Of a stretch of DNA of 64,000 nt, positions 57,826-64,000 are shown piece by piece. How positions within the stretch are numbered: position 1 is the stretch's first letter; each line of letters starts with the position of its first letter. The notes below the pieces were generated by a model. That model worked only from the letters and a program-made list of their open reading frames with translations, had not been told where the DNA came from and searched no databases. Origin of the DNA: an uncultured Gammaproteobacteria bacterium (lineage in GTDB: Bacteria > Pseudomonadota > Gammaproteobacteria > PS1 > Pseudothioglobaceae); the NCBI GenBank assembly GCA_902512305.1, contig CABXIU010000003.1, positions 60,364 to 124,363 on the forward strand. The letters are read 5' to 3'. A program made the position numbers and the translations under genes.

Positions 57826-58824
57826 TTAGCTTTGAAATTTCTTAATTTCTTCTATCAATCTTGATTTAGTTTTAATATCTGCAAAAGAAGCTTCCATGGC
57901 CATTAAAGAGATCTGCTTTAAATCTTCAGCATTCAGATTAAAGTTTTTCGCGCTATTTTGATACTCTTTACCAACAGTCGTATTGAAAAATGGTGGATCA
58001 TCTGAATTTAGACTAATGCTTATACCTTTATTCATAATTGTTAGGAGAGGGTGGCTCTTCCAATTTGGGAAAAGAGATAGTGCTAAATTACTTCCTGGGC
58101 ATATTTCTAGATGAATCTTACGATTAATGAGTTCACTGATTAGTTTTTCATCGTAGACACTTTTTACTCCGTGCCCAATCCTACTGATTGGCAAATAATT
58201 GATTGCATCCCAAACACTATCTGGTCCACAGATCTCTCCAGCATGAACTGTGCAGGCATAGCCAGCATTTGCAGCAATATTATAGACAGGAGTATATTCC
58301 TCTATAGTAAATGCATTTTCGTCTCCTCCCATTCCGAAGCCTACAACATAGGGATGAGGATTATCAACCATTGTTTGAACGACATTTAAGCCTTGTTCTG
58401 GGCCTAAGTGCCTTACACAGGTGACAATAATACGTCCAACGATACCAAAATCACGTTCGGCATCATCTATGCCACTTGCAATGCCTGAGATCATATCATC
58501 ATAGCTAATTCCACATTCTGCTGCGTGATCAGGTGAAATAAAGGTTTCAGCATAGATTACATTTTCGCTAGCGCAGTCTTTAAGATATTCATAAGTAATA
58601 TCCCTATAGTCTTCTCCATTTTTTAAGCATGAGCTTACACTATCATAAGCAGTCAGAAAACTTGCAAAATCACTCCAAGCATAACCTTCATTATCATCAA
58701 ATAAATTATTGTCTAGTGGCGTAGCATTTTTCTTTGCAATTTGCTTGGCAAGTTCGGGTTTAATTGTGCCCTCGAGATGACTATGAAGTTCGATTTTAGG
58801 AAGTTTGTGAATTTGCTCTTGCAT
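57826..58824 (-). CDS. add: Adenosine/adenine deaminase
   Basis: PKIELHSHLEG, HAGE, RIGHG, LNSDDPPFF. Confidence 0.9.
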   Translation of the reverse strand: MQEQIHKLPKIELHSHLEGTIKPELAKQIAKKNATPLDNNLFDDNEGYAWSDFASFLTAYDSVSSCLKNGEDYRDITYEYLKDCASENVIYAETFISPDHAAECGISYDDMISGIASGIDDAERDFGIVGRIIVTCVRHLGPEQGLNVVQTMVDNPHPYVVGFGMGGDENAFTIEEYTPVYNIAANAGYACTVHAGEICGPDSVWDAINYLPISRIGHGVKSVYDEKLISELINRKIHLEICPGSNLALSLFPNWKSHPLLTIMNKGISISLNSDDPPFFNTTVGKEYQNSAKNFNLNAEDLKQISLMAMEASFADIKTKSRLIEEIKKFQS

Positions 58825-60039
58825 TTATTGAAGTCCGCAAGCTTTGCCGTTGGCAAGTGGTTTGATTTGAAGATGATTTGCAATCGTTTGGCCCATGTCT
58901 GCAAAAGTATCTCTTTTACCTAACTTATTAGCTTTAATCGATTTTCCATAAAAAACTACTGGAACATGTTCACGAGTATGATCACTCCCTGGCCAGGTTG
59001 GGTCGCAGCCATGATCAGCTGTAATTAAAACTAGATCATCATGCTGAAGTTTAGATTCTATTTCTGGAATGCGTCTATCAAATTCTTCAAGAGCCAAAGC
59101 ATAACCCGGGACATCTCTTCGATGTCCAAAGTTAGTATCAAAGTCAACCAGATTAACGAATATAAGACCCTCTTTAACTCTATTCATTTCGCTCATTAGT
59201 TGGTCTACTAGTCCCATATTATTAGGAGCTTTAACAGTATAAGAGACACCTTGATTAGAAAAAATATCGCCAATTTTGCCGACAGATATAACCTGGCCAT
59301 TACCCTCTTGAATGTTGTCAAGAAGGGTCAAGTCACTAGGAGGTGTTGTCAGATCTTTACGGTTAGACGTTCTTTTAAATCCATCTTTAGAGTTACCAAC
59401 AAAAGGCCTTGCAATAACTCTAGTAATATTTAGCGGATCAACTAGTCGCTTGGCAATTAAGCAAAGTTCATAGAGCCTTTCGAGTCCAAAGTGTTCCTCA
59501 TGCGCTGCAATTTGAAATACAGAGTCTGCTGAAGTGTAACAAATTGGAAAACCAGATTTGATATGTTCATCTCCAAATTCTTCAATAACTTGAGTGCCTG
59601 ATGCATGTTTATTGGCTAGTGTTCCAAGAATATTTCCTTCCTTTAGTAGTTCATCAATCAGACTTTTAGGAAAGCAGTTTTCAGTTTGAGGGAACGTTCC
59701 CCATTCAAATGGCACAGGTAGTCCGCAAATTTCCCAATGACCGCTCGGTGTGTCTTTTCCAGCACTCACTTCTTTTGCGAAACCAAATGCTCCTTCAGGC
59801 TTAACTCTGTCAATTGGAAGGGGTGCACCTCGACTCTCTATAGCGGCTTCTCCAAGTCCCCATCTTATTAGATTTGGTATATGAAGAGGTCCGTTTCGTT
59901 CAGCGCTATCGGCATTTCCTGAATCACACTGCTCAATAATATGACCCAGGGTATCTGAACCCTGATCACCGTATAGATGGGCATCATCGCTTGCGCCTAA
60001 ACCAAGCGAATCCAATACCAATATGATTGCTCTTTTCAT
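58825..60039 (-). CDS. deoB: Phosphopentomutase
   Basis: VLDSLGLG, GKDTPSGHWE, YTSADSVFQ, GHRRD, ADHGCDP, DHTRE. Confidence 0.96.
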   Translation of the reverse strand: MKRAIILVLDSLGLGASDDAHLYGDQGSDTLGHIIEQCDSGNADSAERNGPLHIPNLIRWGLGEAAIESRGAPLPIDRVKPEGAFGFAKEVSAGKDTPSGHWEICGLPVPFEWGTFPQTENCFPKSLIDELLKEGNILGTLANKHASGTQVIEEFGDEHIKSGFPICYTSADSVFQIAAHEEHFGLERLYELCLIAKRLVDPLNITRVIARPFVGNSKDGFKRTSNRKDLTTPPSDLTLLDNIQEGNGQVISVGKIGDIFSNQGVSYTVKAPNNMGLVDQLMSEMNRVKEGLIFVNLVDFDTNFGHRRDVPGYALALEEFDRRIPEIESKLQHDDLVLITADHGCDPTWPGSDHTREHVPVVFYGKSIKANKLGKRDTFADMGQTIANHLQIKPLANGKACGLQ

Positions 60040-61388
60040 TAATTGGTTCCCTCATTAGAGCTGAGCACTTCTTTGATTAAGGTAGGAGCTTTAGTCTCAC
60101 TTTCACTAAGCTCAATAAGAGAAGGAAGGTTTTTCTCCAAGAAGTTTAATTGGCTTTCATCACGACAGTGCGCTATTGCAAGAGGGTCCCCTTTGTTAAT
60201 CCATTGACCAATACTAACTATTTCGCTAAGACCAACACCGTGGTCAATCGGGTCGCTAGACTTTGTCCTTCCAGCCTTTAGATGAATCATACTGAGGCCA
60301 ACAGCTCGAACATCAATCTCTGATACATATCCAGATGAGTTGGATTTGACTGAGCTAATCACAGGCATAGGCTTTAAATGCTTTTTAGGATTTTCTAAAA
60401 AGTCTACTGGGCCGCCAAGTTCACAAACCATTTCTCCAAAAATTGAAGCTGCTTTTCCGGAATCTAGGGCCTCTCGAGACTTAATTCTAGCAGTATCTAA
60501 GTCCGGCTCCAGGTTACCCAATTTAAGCATATAGGCAGATAGTTCAAGGGTAAGGTCTAGAAGTCTTTGGTTGGCATTCTTAGGATTTAATAAAAAATCG
60601 ATACACTCAGAAACCTCAGTTGCGTTTCCAACGCTGTGACCAAGAACCTGGTTCATGTCAGTAATCAAGCAGCTTGTTGGGACACCTGATTTACTGGAAA
60701 CGTTGGCGATGCTTTGAGCCAACTCTTGAGCCATTTTAAAATCTGCTGCAAATGCACCATTCCCTGTTTTAATGTCCATTGCAAGCGCATCAAGTCCAGA
60801 GGCTAATTTTTTTGACAAAATAGAGGCGGTAATTAAATCAATTGACTCTACCGTAGCTGTGACATCGCGCGTCGCATAAAAACGCTGATCAGCTGGGGCT
60901 AAATTTGTGGTTTGCCCAATAATTGCACAACCTACTTTTTTAACGATAGATTGGAAACTTGAATTACTAGGAGTGGCGTCATAGCCTGGAATGCTCTCGA
61001 GTTTATCTAGTGTTCCTCCAGTATGTCCCAATCCTCGACCTGAAATCATTGGAACGTAGCCGCCACAGGACGCTACGATTGGTGCAAGTAGTAAGCTTAT
61101 TTTATCTCCCACTCCTCCAGTTGAATGTTTATCAACAACGGGACCATCTAAATTGAGTTTGTTCCAGTTAAGTGTATCTCCCGAATTCATCATGTGTCGA
61201 GTTAAGTTGACTCGTTCATCCATAGTCATTCCGCACTTAAAGATTGCCATTGCAAAAGCACCTAACTGAGCATCTGTTAGGCTACCGTCAGTAATCCCTT
61301 GAACCAGAAAGCCAATTTCAGCATCACTCAAAGATATGCTATCACGTTTCTTTCTAATTAATTCTTGAGGGAGGAATTGTTCACTCAT
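60039..61388 (-). CDS. deoA: Thymidine phosphorylase
   Basis: LPQELIRKKRD, DKHSTGGVGD, SGRGLGHTGGTLDKLE, SILSKKLA. Confidence 0.96.
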   Translation of the reverse strand: MSEQFLPQELIRKKRDSISLSDAEIGFLVQGITDGSLTDAQLGAFAMAIFKCGMTMDERVNLTRHMMNSGDTLNWNKLNLDGPVVDKHSTGGVGDKISLLLAPIVASCGGYVPMISGRGLGHTGGTLDKLESIPGYDATPSNSSFQSIVKKVGCAIIGQTTNLAPADQRFYATRDVTATVESIDLITASILSKKLASGLDALAMDIKTGNGAFAADFKMAQELAQSIANVSSKSGVPTSCLITDMNQVLGHSVGNATEVSECIDFLLNPKNANQRLLDLTLELSAYMLKLGNLEPDLDTARIKSREALDSGKAASIFGEMVCELGGPVDFLENPKKHLKPMPVISSVKSNSSGYVSEIDVRAVGLSMIHLKAGRTKSSDPIDHGVGLSEIVSIGQWINKGDPLAIAHCRDESQLNFLEKNLPSLIELSESETKAPTLIKEVLSSNEGTN

Positions 61389-61397
61389 GGTTGTAGT

Positions 61398-63761
61398 TTA
61401 GTCGCCGTATGGCGTCCAAATATTTTTAACTTCAGTAGCATTTCGGAGAAATTCAAGACCCTCACTTTGTGCAGAGTCTTGCCAATCTCTATCCTTATCA
61501 TTATGGACCCATAGGCGCTTTAAATCTCTTGCACTTATGGTTTCTACAGAGCCTAATGTTTCCTGGTCAGCCCAGCACCACATTGCATCAGCCTCAGCAT
61601 GTCCAGCGAGTTGCTCAGCTAGTTCCCGTTTATTGCCACTAACGATATTTATAACGCCTGCAGGAACATCTGAGGTTTCAAACGTTTGGACTAGTTCCAA
61701 TGCGACACTTGCAAACCTTTTACTTGGAATAAGAACGATACGATTTCCCATCGCTATCGCAGGCGCAATCAGAGAGATTGTTGATAGAAGTGGAGACTCT
61801 TCTGGGGCGACCTGAGCAAGAACCCCAATAGGTTCAGGAAGGGCCATTGTGACGCCTCTATAAGGGGCGCTATGAACTCTGCCATCATATTTGTCAGCCC
61901 AGGCGGCATAACTGAATAGTCGGCTTATGCTTTCATCGAACTCAGCTTTTGCTTGCTTTTTAGAGATTCCACACAGGGACACTAGGCGTTGAATCCATTC
62001 AGATTCACGAATCGACAAGTTTTCAGCAATAAAATAGATAATTTGAGCTCTTCCATGGCCGCTGAGAGAGCCCCAAGATGATGCTTTAGTGGCTGCGGCT
62101 ATAGCATTTCGAATATCTTTTCTATTGCCTGAGCCTACATATGCTGCGTGTGAACCGTCGGCATTAAAAGTAGCAAAACTATGTCCACCATCAGGTCTTA
62201 CTTGTTTTCCACCAATATAAAATTTTAAAGTTCGATCAATCACCTCTTCATTGGCCTTTATAGATGCTGAACTAGAAGAAGGACTAGTTGTAGACTTTAA
62301 GCCTTTAGGATTAAGGTACTCGTAGAGACCTTCTTTCCCGCCTTCTCTTCCGAATCCAGACTCTTTGATACCACCAAAGCCACATGAGGCATCAAACTGA
62401 TTATGACAATTAATCCAGATAACCCCAGCTTGAACTTTTGGGGCTACATCCATAGCGCGATTTATATTTTCACTCCATACACTAGCAGCAAGTCCATATC
62501 GACTATTATTAGCCAACTTGATTGCTTCAGATTGAGTTCTAAAAGTCATTGAAACAAGGACAGGACCAAAAATTTCTTCCTGAACAAGTGGATGACTTGA
62601 GTCAACCTCAGTGATTAGGGTAGGGGGGTAGTAATTTCCATCAGGATTGATATCACAGGCCTGATAGAGTTCACCGCCATGATTTAAACCCGACTCTACC
62701 ATTTCACTTACTCTATTAAATTGCGTTTGACTGACAAGGCTTCCTAGGTCAGTTGATTTATTGAGAGGCTCTCCAAGACGAAGTTGTTTTAATCTTTGCT
62801 TAATTTTTAAATGCAATTCTTTCTCAACTTCAGCTTGTACAAGTAGTCTTGAACCCGCACAGCATACCTCACCTTGGTTAAACCAAATAGAGTCTACTAA
62901 TCCTTCAACAGCTGCATCAAGATCAGCATCATCAAATACAATAAATGCTGATTTTCCACCAAGCTCAAGAGTAAGTTTCTTTCCCTGTCCAGCTGTACTC
63001 TCTCTAATAGAGCGTCCTACAGCCGTTGAGCCGGTAAATGCAACTTTATCGATGCCCTTATGAGCCGCAAGTTCAGCGCCAATAGCGCCATCTCCGTTGA
63101 TTATGTTGATGACTCCTGGAGGAATGCCAGCCTCCTCACAGAGTTGAGCAATAAACATAGCTGTTAATGGTGTCTGTTCAGCAGCTTTAAAGACTATCGT
63201 ATTTCCCATTGCTAATGCAGGTGCAATTTTCCAAGACAGCATTAATAATGGAAAATTCCATGGAACAATTTGCGCAACAACTCCAATAGGCCTATAACTA
63301 GAAAATTCTTTTTCTTGGAGTTGCGCCCATCCAGCATGGTGATAGAAATGCCTTATCGCTAAAGGTATATCAATATCTCGACTCTCACGTATAGGCTTTC
63401 CATTATCAAGCGACTCAAGAACAGATATTAGCCTTGAGTGTTTTTGGATTAATCGTGCTAAAGCATAAAGCACCTTGGCTCTCTCATGACCTCCCGCTTT
63501 TTCCCAAGACGGTTGAGCTTTTCTTGCAGATTTAATTGCAGAGTCTAATTGATCTGAGCTAGCAATTTCAATGTTGGCCAATAACTCTCCATTCGATGGG
63601 TCTAGAGAAGCGATCAGATTAGATTTTTTGTTTGAAACAATTTTTCCATTAATTAGCTGTCCAAACCTGCGCTCATTATTCTCTAGCCAATCTTGCGCCT
63701 CCTCGCTGCTTTCAAGAGCATCAGTATAATCGAGGTTATTAAATGATTTTATAAGTGTCAT
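61398..63761 (-). CDS. Aldehyde dehydrogenase with an extra C-terminal ALDH-like domain (ALDH16 type)
   Basis: PWNFPL, FTGST, LELGGKS, NQGEVCCAGSR, EEIFGPV, then a second degenerate domain ending KNIWTPYGD. Confidence 0.9.
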   Translation of the reverse strand: MTLIKSFNNLDYTDALESSEEAQDWLENNERRFGQLINGKIVSNKKSNLIASLDPSNGELLANIEIASSDQLDSAIKSARKAQPSWEKAGGHERAKVLYALARLIQKHSRLISVLESLDNGKPIRESRDIDIPLAIRHFYHHAGWAQLQEKEFSSYRPIGVVAQIVPWNFPLLMLSWKIAPALAMGNTIVFKAAEQTPLTAMFIAQLCEEAGIPPGVINIINGDGAIGAELAAHKGIDKVAFTGSTAVGRSIRESTAGQGKKLTLELGGKSAFIVFDDADLDAAVEGLVDSIWFNQGEVCCAGSRLLVQAEVEKELHLKIKQRLKQLRLGEPLNKSTDLGSLVSQTQFNRVSEMVESGLNHGGELYQACDINPDGNYYPPTLITEVDSSHPLVQEEIFGPVLVSMTFRTQSEAIKLANNSRYGLAASVWSENINRAMDVAPKVQAGVIWINCHNQFDASCGFGGIKESGFGREGGKEGLYEYLNPKGLKSTTSPSSSSASIKANEEVIDRTLKFYIGGKQVRPDGGHSFATFNADGSHAAYVGSGNRKDIRNAIAAATKASSWGSLSGHGRAQIIYFIAENLSIRESEWIQRLVSLCGISKKQAKAEFDESISRLFSYAAWADKYDGRVHSAPYRGVTMALPEPIGVLAQVAPEESPLLSTISLIAPAIAMGNRIVLIPSKRFASVALELVQTFETSDVPAGVINIVSGNKRELAEQLAGHAEADAMWCWADQETLGSVETISARDLKRLWVHNDKDRDWQDSAQSEGLEFLRNATEVKNIWTPYGD

Positions 63762-63770
63762 AATTAAATC

Positions 63771-64000
63771 CTATGCTATTGGGTGGCGATATGAGGCAGA
63801 ATAAAAGCCAGTAGAGAAATGATCTAATTGACGCTCAATGTCACCGAGTAGACTGGATGCTCCAAACCTAAATAAATCAGGCTCTAGCCATTGCCGACCT
63901 AACTCTTCTTTAATCATTGTCATATATAACAGTGCTGTTTTTGTGTCACTGATTCCACCTGCAGCCTTAAATCCAATTGAAATCCCAGTTTCATTGTAAT
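63771..64000 (-). CDS. deoC: Deoxyribose-phosphate aldolase, 3' part (5' end outside the window)
   Basis: Hand translation ...GFKAAGGISDTKTALLYMTMIKEELGRQWLEPDLFRFGASSLLGDIERQLDHFSTGFYSASYRHPIA*. Confidence 0.93.
   Translation of the reverse strand, partial: YNETGISIGFKAAGGISDTKTALLYMTMIKEELGRQWLEPDLFRFGASSLLGDIERQLDHFSTGFYSASYRHPIA

Noticed and set aside
459-63063. Numerous 60-170 aa ORFs nested in or antisense to long genes (e.g. 459..875, 7413..7832, 13955..14407, 32123..32557, 46925..47434)
   Set aside because: Shadow frames of well-supported genes, with no recognisable motifs
1-64000. CRISPR array, prophage, IS element, defence system or rRNA
   Set aside because: No regularly spaced repeats, transposase, integrase, phage or defence-type ORFs, or rRNA-like sequence were seen

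Overview
AT-rich bacterial chromosomal segment. The core genes (lepA, ffh, murA-hisG-hisD, uvrC, uup, lysS, cmk-rpsA-ihfB, tRNA-Lys) have gammaproteobacterial synteny; together with the low GC and marine-type catabolic genes this suggests a SUP05/Thioglobaceae-like organism (inference, not searched). 1-22.6 kb is a methylated-amine/C1 catabolic cluster: a divergent gmaS-like glutamine synthetase, mgsABC/glxBCD, a 128-aa unknown, TMAO demethylase tdm, the TMAO ABC transporter tmoXWV, folD, an orphan Rieske oxygenase, a LysR regulator, an extra FAD oxidoreductase and a soxBDAG/mgd-type tetramer. 22.6-49 kb is mostly housekeeping, interrupted after ffh by a secreted transcobalamin-like (DUF4430) protein, an ECF S-component-like (DUF6580) protein, a methyltransferase, three EamA transporters and an ABC ATPase. 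49-64 kb holds tRNA-Lys with a possible island scar, oppABCDF and a deoC-ALDH16-deoA-deoB-add-PRT-ATL nucleoside salvage operon. Best leads: a possible non-canonical dimethylamine/methylamine route, a candidate two-gene B12 capture system, two structured intergenic RNA candidates (5.45 kb, 50.9 kb) and two small membrane proteins missed by the ORF track. No CRISPR array, rRNA, transposase or integrase was seen. All calls come from motif recognition by eye; no database search or folding program was run.
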